Shown one piece after another: positions 49,529 through 59,516 of a DNA stretch of 64,000 nucleotides. The first letter of the stretch is position 1. Every line of letters starts with the position of its first letter. Under the pieces are notes generated by a model that worked only from the letters and a program-made list of their open reading frames with translations, ran no database searches and was not told where the DNA came from. Source of the stretch: an uncultured virus (IMG/VR IMGVR_UViG_3300035698_023758) (lineage: Duplodnaviria; Heunggongvirae; Uroviricota; Caudoviricetes); the IMG/VR virus record IMGVR_UViG_3300035698_023758; one strand, 5' to 3'. A program made the position numbers and the translations under genes.

Positions 49529-50189
49529 TATCTTCGGGATAATCAACAGAATAAGTAGCTGAAACATCGCACATTTTTACTTTAACACCAATCTCTAAAA
49601 ACCTCAAAATTTCAATATCTTCACAAGATTCACATGGTGTCTTCATATCAAATGAAGAAAATAATTCTAATTGCTCCTTATTAAAAGCATAAATTCCTAT
49701 CTGCTTATTTTGTGTTTTAGAGCCATTAGGTATTTTAGATCTTGATGCATAGAGCAAATCATTATTAATAGCAACTGCAACTTTTATTGTCTTTAATTTA
49801 TCGTTATTGCTAAGAGCTCTAGCCATCCCATTTATAACATAGTCTGGGTTTTTGATTTTGCTTTCATATACAGATATAATATCCCCAGATTTAATCATCG
49901 GTTCATCCCCCTGAACATTGATTATAACATCTGAGCAATATCCTAAAATTTCAGCAACTCTATCTGTACCTGTCATAGCATCACTTGATGTTTTAACACA
50001 CTTAAATCCATGCACAGCATCAAATATTCTATCATCATCTGACACTACCACAACATGCTCTCTACCAAATGCAGAAGCCGCGTTATCAGCCACCATCCTG
50101 ATCATCGATTTATTATTAATTTTAGCCAATGGCTTACCATCAAATCTTGACGACGAATACCTTGCTGGTATGACAATTGTTGGATTCAA
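49488..50189 (-). CDS. kdsB: 3-deoxy-manno-octulosonate cytidylyltransferase (CMP-KDO synthetase)
   Basis: IPARYSSSRFDGKPLA, TGTDRVAE, NVQGDEP, IGIYAF, EILRFLE, SVDYPED. Confidence 0.92.
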   Translation of the reverse strand: MNPTIVIPARYSSSRFDGKPLAKINNKSMIRMVADNAASAFGREHVVVVSDDDRIFDAVHGFKCVKTSSDAMTGTDRVAEILGYCSDVIINVQGDEPMIKSGDIISVYESKIKNPDYVINGMARALSNNDKLKTIKVAVAINNDLLYASRSKIPNGSKTQNKQIGIYAFNKEQLELFSSFDMKTPCESCEDIEILRFLEIGVKVKMCDVSATYSVDYPEDIKIVEDLLALRCL

Positions 50190-50872
50190 GACATATCTCC
50201 AAAAAATTTAATTCGTACACCATACTTATTAGACAATTTCTCAGACACAAATTCAATTATTTCTCTAAACCTAGTTAAATTTCTATTAGGGGACGAGCCA
50301 AATATGTCACCAGCATAACCAACACCACCATCATGGCCTAATAAAAGTATGTCAGAATATCCACACATAATTAAAAAATGAAGACCCATCACAGATGTAT
50401 CAGTGTTTACAAATTCATCATTTTTTAGACTATCTTCTATTTTATCAAAATCCCATTCATGTTGATCCTTGTAAAATGTAAGAACTCTGTCAAGAGGTAA
50501 ATCGTCTATATCAGCAATAGAAACATAATCATCATTAATCTTATCACCATATAAGAGCGATGACATCACAAATGTTTTAATTCTATTCCACGCTGGCTTA
50601 GAATTTTCAAGTGTATTCTTATCATAAAAGAACGCAAAATCAATTGGCCCAGGGACACGTAAGCACGCTTCATTTACAGTAGCGACATGACCAAACCATA
50701 GATGATTATCAACAAATTCTAATGATGGACCTTTTGCTAAATATAGGCACTTCTTACTTTTCGATAAATGTTCTGCTATTGTTCTAATACCATTTATTTT
50801 AAATCCAGTTGGTATTACTATATTGGTTTCCTCTATCTTACTTTGAAATTCTTCGCGATCGTATTTGCTCAT
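50186..50872 (-). CDS. MAF_flag10/MptE-like (Maf or sialyltransferase-related) protein
   Basis: KGPSL, TVNEA, GYSDILLLGHDG. Confidence 0.6.
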   Translation of the reverse strand: MSKYDREEFQSKIEETNIVIPTGFKINGIRTIAEHLSKSKKCLYLAKGPSLEFVDNHLWFGHVATVNEACLRVPGPIDFAFFYDKNTLENSKPAWNRIKTFVMSSLLYGDKINDDYVSIADIDDLPLDRVLTFYKDQHEWDFDKIEDSLKNDEFVNTDTSVMGLHFLIMCGYSDILLLGHDGGVGYAGDIFGSSPNRNLTRFREIIEFVSEKLSNKYGVRIKFFGDMS

Positions 50873-52098
50873 TTTATTTTCCGAAGATCTAAAACACGTT
50901 CTATTTTCCCAGACGATCCAGAAAAAGTGAAATCGTTATTTGTAAACACAACCGATTTCAATTGATTATTGATAACCCTACGCAATGAGTCATTTATCCT
51001 ATCTACTGATGTTATCTCAACATGATCATCAAAACACTTTGCTTGGGTAAAACTCGGAATATTTAATATAATATCCAAAATATCAATACTTGGTGTGCTG
51101 CCCCACACAAATGATGGTCTCCCGTAAAATTTAAAATCACGAAAGTACCTACCACACTCACATTGATTCCATTTATCACCGATCATGCACTCATCTCCAT
51201 TCCAATATCTAAAAAATGGGAATCCGAGATTCAAAAAATCCGTGCATATTAATTTACCATCGATGTCTTCATTATATGTCAAATAATCAAGAAGATGATA
51301 TGTCCCAAATTTACAGGTAAAAAATGTCGCCCCACCATCCCAACTTCTCATATGATCGCAATAATCATCAATAACACCAGATTTTTTAGCATTATAAGCA
51401 TCCTTTATAATTATCGATTCCGCAGTGTTGCTATATAACTTACAAATTCTATTCGAATGTCGTAACAAAATTGAAAAAAACGACGCCGGGCTTAGAAAAA
51501 CATCAATGGGATTATTCTTCAAAAACCCAGATAGATAATCACAAAACATATCTATATCATCATTATCATATAAAAAGTGGTGACAATTAGCGTTTTGTGA
51601 ACCGTGGCTAAGTCTATGATTAGATCGTTTTGGTTTTATTTTCTTATAAAAAAATACACAATCTTTAAACTGTATGTCCACAAACCCGATCTTATTTTCG
51701 TTTTTATTGCTGCTAACTTTTAATGTTGTTATTTCTTTATAAAACCCAAATTCATGTAATATTTGTTGATAATGATTAATTGTTTCTATATAATGGTAGC
51801 AATCATGCCAGATTTTATATTCGAATTTTTTGCCAGTTGTACCACTTGTGCTATTATTAAATGATTTAACTGGCAATAACCAATTTTGAGCATCATTTTT
51901 TGAGGACACCTGCATTTCATTTAATTCTGCATAATTAAAATCATTAAAAAGTGTGTTGTAATATGAAATCATTTTATAAACCATCATATCTTGATGTGAT
52001 TGGATGGTCGGCATTCGTTGAAAATCTGGGTTATCTTTGAATATTTTATCAATTGTGTTTAGATATTTTAGATTAGCATATTGGTTAATATTAAGCAT
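50869..52098 (-). CDS. phenylacetate-CoA-ligase/CapK-like adenylate-forming enzyme
   Basis: STSGTTGK, TDFLN..PFFRYWNGD, CECGR, SGKIERV. Confidence 0.75.
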   Translation of the reverse strand: MLNINQYANLKYLNTIDKIFKDNPDFQRMPTIQSHQDMMVYKMISYYNTLFNDFNYAELNEMQVSSKNDAQNWLLPVKSFNNSTSGTTGKKFEYKIWHDCYHYIETINHYQQILHEFGFYKEITTLKVSSNKNENKIGFVDIQFKDCVFFYKKIKPKRSNHRLSHGSQNANCHHFLYDNDDIDMFCDYLSGFLKNNPIDVFLSPASFFSILLRHSNRICKLYSNTAESIIIKDAYNAKKSGVIDDYCDHMRSWDGGATFFTCKFGTYHLLDYLTYNEDIDGKLICTDFLNLGFPFFRYWNGDECMIGDKWNQCECGRYFRDFKFYGRPSFVWGSTPSIDILDIILNIPSFTQAKCFDDHVEITSVDRINDSLRRVINNQLKSVVFTNNDFTFSGSSGKIERVLDLRKIK

Positions 52099-52558
52099 TG
52101 CTTTTATTTGTATGTGGGTAAGAAATACTTGGTTTTTGTTTGTTCAAAAATGAGCATAATTTATCCCACCCATCACCATCAAAAACATCTAAAATTAATA
52201 ATCTATCATGATTAATCACATCAATAAGCTTTTTATTATTTTGGTAATATGATTGCCATTTTGATTGATCATCCCAAAATGGGTTCCAATTTGGTTTACG
52301 TTTTTTGCAATGTTTTTTACATGACGCTAGCCATCCTTCTATATCTCGAATTGTCATTATGTATAATGACCCTGGATACATATCTTCTAATTCATCATAT
52401 GAGAATCTAACTTCTGAGCAGGCTTCATAATGATCAATATCTTCTATTAACAATGGATAATGTTTAGCAGAATATCCAAGAATTTCTAATGCTACTTTTA
52501 GGCTATATGTTCCGGTTCTCGGTAAACCAATTCCAAGTATTTTATTTTTGAATATCAT
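52091..52558 (-). CDS. sulfotransferase-family P-loop protein
   Basis: GIGLPRTGTYSLKVALEILGY, TIRD..WLAS, GDGWDKLCSFL..P..N. Confidence 0.85.
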   Translation of the reverse strand: MIFKNKILGIGLPRTGTYSLKVALEILGYSAKHYPLLIEDIDHYEACSEVRFSYDELEDMYPGSLYIMTIRDIEGWLASCKKHCKKRKPNWNPFWDDQSKWQSYYQNNKKLIDVINHDRLLILDVFDGDGWDKLCSFLNKQKPSISYPHTNKSNA

Positions 52559-53139
52559 AAGTGATATCCTATAATGGATGTTGAATTATTTATGATTGGA
52601 TTTTCTTTGCTTAATTTGATTAACCATTGATAATCAGTCCCCCTATCAACATAATCGGACCATTTATATAATTTAGCAAGTTCTGATTTAACACATACAC
52701 ACATTGTATCTATTTGTTTGAATACAAATTTACCATTCCACTTTTCGGGTATTATCACACATGTACCATCGTCTTTAAAATGATTAACACACACAACTCC
52801 AATATCATGATTGTAAGCTGTTGAATATAACACACTTAATGCATTTAGATAGTAAATATTATCATCATCCCAAAAACAGACATACTTACCATTAGAATGG
52901 GACAAGCCAAAATCTTTTGCAAATGCTCCACAAGCCCCCTGCTTTTGTTTTTTAAAGTATTTATCAACCACATCAGAAAAAACATCAACAACTAATTTTG
53001 ATTTATTATCATCCGATTCATCTATGACTATTACCTCAACATTCAAATTTTCAATAACTTGATTTTTAATTTGATATAAACAATTTGCAAGCATGCCTGG
53101 CCTATTACAGGTACCAACAATAATGCTTAAATCTGTCAT
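52555..53139 (-). CDS. glycosyltransferase family 2
   Basis: LSIIVGTCNR, VIVIDES, FWDDDN. Confidence 0.85.
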   Translation of the reverse strand: MTDLSIIVGTCNRPGMLANCLYQIKNQVIENLNVEVIVIDESDDNKSKLVVDVFSDVVDKYFKKQKQGACGAFAKDFGLSHSNGKYVCFWDDDNIYYLNALSVLYSTAYNHDIGVVCVNHFKDDGTCVIIPEKWNGKFVFKQIDTMCVCVKSELAKLYKWSDYVDRGTDYQWLIKLSKENPIINNSTSIIGYHL

Positions 53140-53152
53140 TTGGATCTCTTTT

Positions 53153-53959
53153 ATGCTACTCTATGATAAAGAATTAAAAGTATCTACAGTCGGTGGGCTT
53201 GGAAACAGATTATTAGGGATAATATCTACAATATGGATGATAGAAACAAAAAAATATGATTCTGCCACTATATATTGGGATAAAAGACATCATTGCGATA
53301 TCAATTTTGATGAAATAGTTTGTTTAAAACATAACAAAATAAGAATCATATATAATAAAAATTTTAAAAAAATGACAGACATAAATAAGATTGACAAGGA
53401 CAATTTTATAGAAGCATGCGATATGTATGGTCCAAAATTAAAAATAACTGATTGGGCAAAGAACAATATTAATAAATTTATAAAATTTAAAGTCAATGAC
53501 GATAATAATTATCAAATTGGCTTACATTGCAGAAGAACAGATTGGGGTATGACAGACAATGACAACACTAGGATCATAAGTCTAGAAGATGCTGCATTAA
53601 ATCACATTAAATTAGATGAGCGATGTGTTAATTATATTATATCTAATTTTAAAAATCAAAAAATATTCGTTTCCACAGATTCAGTAAACACCATTGGATT
53701 TTTAAAATTAAAACTTCCAAATACAGTAATATATAATGAAAAGCAATATTATCCAGTATATTCTTCAAGATCTAATTTATCAATGATAGAGGCAATTAAA
53801 GACTTAGTGTCATTAAGTAAGTGCGAATTAATTATAAGAGACTCAACTAGCACATTTCCATTTATAAGCAGCGTGATTGGTAATAAAGAATTGATTACTT
53901 TAAATAGAAGCAATTTAATAAATTCTGGTGCTGGAATCAGAACCAGATATGAATTTTAA
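53153..53959 (+). CDS. fucosyltransferase-like (GT11/NodZ/O-FucT) protein
   Basis: GGLGNRL, GLHCRRTD, FVSTDS, DLVSLSKC..STF. Confidence 0.75.
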   Translation: MLLYDKELKVSTVGGLGNRLLGIISTIWMIETKKYDSATIYWDKRHHCDINFDEIVCLKHNKIRIIYNKNFKKMTDINKIDKDNFIEACDMYGPKLKITDWAKNNINKFIKFKVNDDNNYQIGLHCRRTDWGMTDNDNTRIISLEDAALNHIKLDERCVNYIISNFKNQKIFVSTDSVNTIGFLKLKLPNTVIYNEKQYYPVYSSRSNLSMIEAIKDLVSLSKCELIIRDSTSTFPFISSVIGNKELITLNRSNLINSGAGIRTRYEF

Positions 53960-54807
53960 TTTTTCTTTAAAGTATAATCCATAAATTCTATTGATAAGAC
54001 ATGCTTTTGCCATTCTGCCTTACTTTCTAGTTTCTGTGGCGATTTAGATTCTAAAAATGATGACACTTCTTCATCCTGAAAAAATTTGTTATTTCTATCC
54101 CATTCCATCGAATGATGTACTTCCGAATCTATCACTTTAAAACCATATTTATCCCAGGCTTCATTGTAAACTTTAGATGGTCTGGTTATTTTTCTAACAA
54201 ATTGGCTTTGATATTTTTTTATTTGCTCATCTGTTAAAAATAGATGAGCAAAAGCTTTATTCAGTTTTTCATATAGATGACCGCCATGAATCGAAGTCCA
54301 TGGGTGGCATCGCACTTTTACTATGGTATCATTGTGGCATATGCTATGAATCTTTTTAAGACTATCCTCTAATTTATCTTCTGGAATATGGTCAAAAACG
54401 TCAAACATTAAAATCACATCAAATTCGCCATGAGATTTTACATCATCAAAATTGTTTAAAATTCCCTTTTTCTCTATCAAGGGATCATACCCAATAACCA
54501 ATTTAGCGTTTTGTTCTTTAGCAAATGCGGTGCACTCACCAGTCCCGCATCCAAAATCTAAAAATTTCTTATTGGATATGTCACCAACAAATAATTTTAT
54601 TATTGATTTTGCTCTTTGGGAAATAGCATCTTGTGACTTGACAATCATTGACTCATGTACTGCCCTTGGCCAAAAAGACGATAAAATTAATTGTTCAATC
54701 TTATCGGGGTTGATATGTCCCGTTATAGTCATTTTAGAATCTGTAAGAGCATCCAAAACTTTTGATACGTCTTCTTGTTTTGATGTTGTGATTATATCAA
54801 ACTGCAT
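53956..54807 (-). CDS. class I SAM-dependent methyltransferase (paralogue of 30905-31885)
   Basis: FLDFGCGTG, DVFDH, RCHPWTSIHGGHLYE. Confidence 0.85.
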   Translation of the reverse strand: MQFDIITTSKQEDVSKVLDALTDSKMTITGHINPDKIEQLILSSFWPRAVHESMIVKSQDAISQRAKSIIKLFVGDISNKKFLDFGCGTGECTAFAKEQNAKLVIGYDPLIEKKGILNNFDDVKSHGEFDVILMFDVFDHIPEDKLEDSLKKIHSICHNDTIVKVRCHPWTSIHGGHLYEKLNKAFAHLFLTDEQIKKYQSQFVRKITRPSKVYNEAWDKYGFKVIDSEVHHSMEWDRNNKFFQDEEVSSFLESKSPQKLESKAEWQKHVLSIEFMDYTLKKN

Positions 54808-57800
54808 TATAATGTCTCCAAAAGGCTGGGTATTTTCCCATCTAATTTATTGGTACAAGTACCAAATTGTTCATTAAGCTTTAAAATTAAATCAAGTTGC
54901 TCTCTGTCGCATTCCCAATCAAAGTGCCCATCACTATTTACAAATAAGTCAGTGCTGCAAATAGTATCACCCTCTGATGTCCCATCACAATCCACCAACA
55001 AACAGCCACAATCTAATCTAAGGGAATCTTCGATTAAAATACCAGATCCCAACAAAAATAAAATTGTTGATGACCCAGTAAGCTCATCACTAACAGGCAT
55101 ACCCATAGCATCAGTCACGTCTTTCCAAACACTAAAGTCTTCTCCAAGATAATTGACTTGACCTCTGACGCATGGATATCCATCAGCAAAATCAACGTAC
55201 TCACCGGTATTACACTCATTATAACTAGAAAACAATGGATTAGTTATAATAATCTTACCATCAGATGTGCTTGTGTCAAGATCACAAACTTGATCTAAGA
55301 CAACATATTCACTATCATTAGCACCATCCATATAAACAGAATGAATAATACTATCTTCTGTTAACTCAGATGAAGATCCAAAGGCATGATCGCCAAGAGT
55401 AACAATATCTGGTGTTAAGTTATTACCGACAATTGAGAATAACTTATAATCAAATTGCAACTTTTCATCACCATTTATATCTTCTATCATAACACAATTT
55501 AAAAATGCTGGATCTGATTCACCACAAACATTTTTTGGACCACAATATGTGCTATATTCGTCATCCCACGGTCTAGCTTCAATAGTTGGATGTGTAAAGT
55601 CACTTTCAAGTCTATTGAGAGTTGGAAACCTACAACCAGGCAAATGCATTGTTGGTTTATCAATTGAAATCTCAGGTCTTTGCAATGCTAGATTACATCT
55701 TTGGTCAAAATCTGGAGATCCAATCCTATTTGTGTAGTGCAACGTTTGTTCTGTTGGTATCCCATACGCTCTGTATAATTCTCCTAAATAGCTATTGTTT
55801 TTTTCTGGCAGTGGTTTATTATAATCAACATTTAAATAATCAGATTGTATTCCAATTTTTAATTGAGTAAAATTACCGGATTCTGCTTTTCCGCTAAATT
55901 CACTTTTACTTGTTTTACTTGTCCTGCATGGCTTTTGAACTCCGGGTACTACCATTTTACTATATGCTGGATATGTGTAGTACACTCCAACTCCCATACC
56001 TATGCTGCATGGTCTATTTCTTTGTGTTTCTGAGAATACGATAGTTGGCCTGTGCAATATTTCATCTTCTGGCCTTCCCTTATAACAATAATCTGTTGTA
56101 TTATCGGTTTCACATAAACTATTTCTTGTGTTTGTTGATTCTTTAGTAAATGACCCATAAGCACCACTATTGCTGTTAGATGACACTAATGGACCGGTTT
56201 TATCATATTCTCCATTAAGTATTACATCATTTGGTGATGGTTTTGGGTTTTCTTCAACACCAACGATTTGTTGTGATGAATTTGGTGCTGGATTATATTC
56301 GATTGTTTTTGAATTTATCTCAGCTCCGGTTACGCGATCTTGTCCTTTATAATTGTATAAGCATTGATCTCTGTCTGCTTTTTGCATTGGCCCAATAGAC
56401 AAGTTTTGGTCGCCATCGTCTTGTCTTGTGTCTAATATTTTCCATGCTTCATGCTCTTCTGGTAGGTTGGATAATTGTCTTAAACGTAGCAGTAAATCTG
56501 AATCTTTGTATCCAAGACTTTTAGGGTCTAACAATGAACAATCATTGACATCTCCCGGCACGTCTGGTATGATCGCTGGTGGTACTTGCAGTCTACCAGC
56601 GTCAATATCATATCTCATTTGTGTATCACCGCCAACACACCAATCAGTTACGGCATATGTTTCAGTCAGCTCAATTCTAGTTCTAATTGAATTCAGAATA
56701 CTATGGAATGCTTTTAATCTGTTAAGAAATTCAATGGAAAAATCCAAGGTAACTGGATCTGCGAATTCATTAAGGTCTTGAGTTAATACTTGAATATCAA
56801 AGCGATTACTTTGTAAATCTTTAATAATATCTGGGACGATTATTTTTTGTCTATTGTAGATCGCGAACACATAGATAGATTGTGTTTTACTATTAAAGTA
56901 ACCATTTGTTGTTATCGATAGGCTATTTTCTTCTCTGTTGAAAGTAATTGTGTTAACTGATAATGGTGATGTTCCAGTTGTAATTTGACTGCTAACCTGT
57001 GCTAACTTACCGGTTAGAAGGATTTGATTAAATCCATCAGTGTCTAATCCAGACATTGCATCCGAGATTAAATTAGAATTTAAGAATCCATTTGTGTCAA
57101 CTGTGCATCCTTCTAAATTCCCGTATTCTCCTGGATCATCTATTAAGTTATTTGTTATTTCTTGTAGTGCTTTATCCGCATCAGAATTTTTGGTAACTAG
57201 GTATGCTTCAATTGTTATATTGCCACCATCTCTAACAGCACCAAAATCTTCGAACCCAGCGTCGATTTGTGGTCTATATAAAAATGGTATTGTTGATTTA
57301 GTAAATCCTTTTTTAGCATAATTGCTAAATATTGTGTCTACTTGGCAGACATTTTCTATTGTTATTTCTTCTGTCTCATATGGTGATGGTAGTTTTTCGT
57401 TTGGGCGTATTAATCTTTTTCCGTCACTGGACCACCATAAATTAGATATTAGAATTTCAAATCCAAATAATCTGAATATGTTGATTATAGATCGTCTTGA
57501 TCCAGATAGATTTTGAAATTCTACTGTTCTTAGTAATACAGCTTTTCTTAATGCGTCTAAAGACTTTGGAAAATATGGTAAATCCCATCCCAACAATGAA
57601 GATAGGTATGGGATAGCTTCAGCCGGTGTTTTAAACACCCAATTTAAACTTTTTAACAGATTTTGTTCATCAAAGACATCTTGCAGGACATCTGTGAATG
57701 GCCTATATAATCCAATTGTGGTGTCTTTTGATTTTGATGAATTTGTTAGGTATGGTGGCGGTGTTAAGTTGTAAAATTCATTGATAACATCGCCTGGATG

Positions 57801-58400
57801 ATTTATCTCAAGTTTTAAGCGAGTAATTGATTCTTGATTTATATCTATACATAAGAATTCTTTTACACCGTTTTTAGATATTACTCTGTTAAAATACCCA
57901 GCTTCATAAACTAAATTGTAGGTATCTGCCGGTAATAATTCCACTTCTATCAGCACGTCAGATAAATCATAATATGCAGCATCTGGGTAATATGGGACTG
58001 TGTCCATAACTCCAGTTGAAGACACAAAATAAAATGTACTATCATTATCAGCGTCGGCAATATTTATTATATTATTATTTCTGTCTCGGATTTCATAATC
58101 TTCAACGTCGATTTGTTTGTCTAACAATTGAGATTTTGTCAGTAGTTTTGAATATAATTCTCTGTCTGGTGATCGCTTTCCTACATTATCATGCCCGGCA
58201 ACTTTTGCTACTTTTGGGACATCTTCGACATATATTTTTATACTAAAGACATTGTTATTTGTAATTGGTGATCCATCATAACTTCTTTTGTGCGGCACAA
58301 CCAAAACTACTGGTAGGCCGAAGGGCCGCCATGCGGTTCTGTTGTTATTGATTGGCATTAAAGCGAAGCTGGGGTTATGTCTGTCATTAATTGTGGTCAT
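54807..58400 (-). CDS. large baseplate-wedge/tail protein (P2 gpI-like segment)
   Basis: IPYLSSLLGWD..LRKAV..GSRRSIINIFRLFG; RLKAFHS; Cys-rich C-terminal half. Confidence 0.65.
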   Translation of the reverse strand: MTTINDRHNPSFALMPINNNRTAWRPFGLPVVLVVPHKRSYDGSPITNNNVFSIKIYVEDVPKVAKVAGHDNVGKRSPDRELYSKLLTKSQLLDKQIDVEDYEIRDRNNNIINIADADNDSTFYFVSSTGVMDTVPYYPDAAYYDLSDVLIEVELLPADTYNLVYEAGYFNRVISKNGVKEFLCIDINQESITRLKLEINHPGDVINEFYNLTPPPYLTNSSKSKDTTIGLYRPFTDVLQDVFDEQNLLKSLNWVFKTPAEAIPYLSSLLGWDLPYFPKSLDALRKAVLLRTVEFQNLSGSRRSIINIFRLFGFEILISNLWWSSDGKRLIRPNEKLPSPYETEEITIENVCQVDTIFSNYAKKGFTKSTIPFLYRPQIDAGFEDFGAVRDGGNITIEAYLVTKNSDADKALQEITNNLIDDPGEYGNLEGCTVDTNGFLNSNLISDAMSGLDTDGFNQILLTGKLAQVSSQITTGTSPLSVNTITFNREENSLSITTNGYFNSKTQSIYVFAIYNRQKIIVPDIIKDLQSNRFDIQVLTQDLNEFADPVTLDFSIEFLNRLKAFHSILNSIRTRIELTETYAVTDWCVGGDTQMRYDIDAGRLQVPPAIIPDVPGDVNDCSLLDPKSLGYKDSDLLLRLRQLSNLPEEHEAWKILDTRQDDGDQNLSIGPMQKADRDQCLYNYKGQDRVTGAEINSKTIEYNPAPNSSQQIVGVEENPKPSPNDVILNGEYDKTGPLVSSNSNSGAYGSFTKESTNTRNSLCETDNTTDYCYKGRPEDEILHRPTIVFSETQRNRPCSIGMGVGVYYTYPAYSKMVVPGVQKPCRTSKTSKSEFSGKAESGNFTQLKIGIQSDYLNVDYNKPLPEKNNSYLGELYRAYGIPTEQTLHYTNRIGSPDFDQRCNLALQRPEISIDKPTMHLPGCRFPTLNRLESDFTHPTIEARPWDDEYSTYCGPKNVCGESDPAFLNCVMIEDINGDEKLQFDYKLFSIVGNNLTPDIVTLGDHAFGSSSELTEDSIIHSVYMDGANDSEYVVLDQVCDLDTSTSDGKIIITNPLFSSYNECNTGEYVDFADGYPCVRGQVNYLGEDFSVWKDVTDAMGMPVSDELTGSSTILFLLGSGILIEDSLRLDCGCLLVDCDGTSEGDTICSTDLFVNSDGHFDWECDREQLDLILKLNEQFGTCTNKLDGKIPSLLETL

Positions 58401-58447
58401 GTATTCTCCAATTTTATTTATATTTATTTATACCTATTAGGATTTTC

Positions 58448-58954
58448 ATGAAATTATCTGCTATAAATGAAGATAAAAATATAAGCAATATTATTTACAA
58501 TCATCTACATAAGTATAAATCTAACGGTGAACCGGTTTCATATAAAATTTCAGTAGATGATATACCTATAATATTAAATATTGTCGCAATGGATAGTCAT
58601 CCAGATAAAGACTACTTTATGTCTGGGGTACCACTTAAAATAGGAGGGAATGCGGGAAATAAAATAACAGTCAACATAATGTATGATTACTCTAAAATTA
58701 AAGAAGTAAACATGGATAATATATTAAATACCATTAAGTATGTAACACATCATGAATTTGATCACCCAAAAGGAGACAATAACCACAAGGAATATCATGT
58801 AGCTAGGCATGAACTGGAAGCTGACGCAAATGCAATAAATAAATTGAAGATAACTTCTTGGGATGAATTAAAACGTATTGCTCCTCATTTGCCATTTAAT
58901 GATTTTAAATGGCGTAAGATGTTAATTGATACTATTGGTAGAAAATTGACTTAG
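58448..58954 (+). CDS. putative Zn-metallopeptidase-like protein (MKLSAINE N-terminus)
   Basis: HHEFDH ... ELEADA zincin pattern. Confidence 0.55.
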   Translation: MKLSAINEDKNISNIIYNHLHKYKSNGEPVSYKISVDDIPIILNIVAMDSHPDKDYFMSGVPLKIGGNAGNKITVNIMYDYSKIKEVNMDNILNTIKYVTHHEFDHPKGDNNHKEYHVARHELEADANAINKLKITSWDELKRIAPHLPFNDFKWRKMLIDTIGRKLT

Positions 58955-58976
58955 GTTTTTTCTGTAAATATATTAT

Positions 58977-59474
58977 ATGATTAATCCAGCGGGTAATTTG
59001 TTCTTTAAAGATGATTACGGTGTCACTTATTTAGTTGAGTGGGAAACCGTAAGAGATCTATTAGATATAACGACTACAACAAAACAACCATATGTTTGGG
59101 GCGAAGAAGATCAAGCATATGTTAAAAATCGCGTATTATTCAAGCGTGGTGTAATTACAGTTGAAAGACAAATTTTAAAAACATTGGAAAATGGATACGC
59201 TATCATAGCTGAGGGTGCATCACAAATCTGTGACTTCATACAGATGAATTTTCCATGTGAAACGGGACCATCTGATAATTTTACATATCATTTAAATTGT
59301 GCTATTGAAGATGATGTATTATTTAAAGTTTCGGATGGCCCACATTGGGCTGATGTAGAAGTTTTAAGCGACATCGACGCGGTCTGGGGGATTGTTGATT
59401 CAGATGGATCTCCTGGAGATCTAACATCAACCGGTGGTGTTATACCCTTAGAATGGATTGATGTCTGGACATAA
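58977..59474 (+). CDS. hypothetical protein
   Basis: 165-aa ORF. Confidence 0.65.
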   Translation: MINPAGNLFFKDDYGVTYLVEWETVRDLLDITTTTKQPYVWGEEDQAYVKNRVLFKRGVITVERQILKTLENGYAIIAEGASQICDFIQMNFPCETGPSDNFTYHLNCAIEDDVLFKVSDGPHWADVEVLSDIDAVWGIVDSDGSPGDLTSTGGVIPLEWIDVWT

Positions 59475-59516
59475 CACATAACACATATCAATATCTGATA
59501 CGTGTGGGGATCTAAT

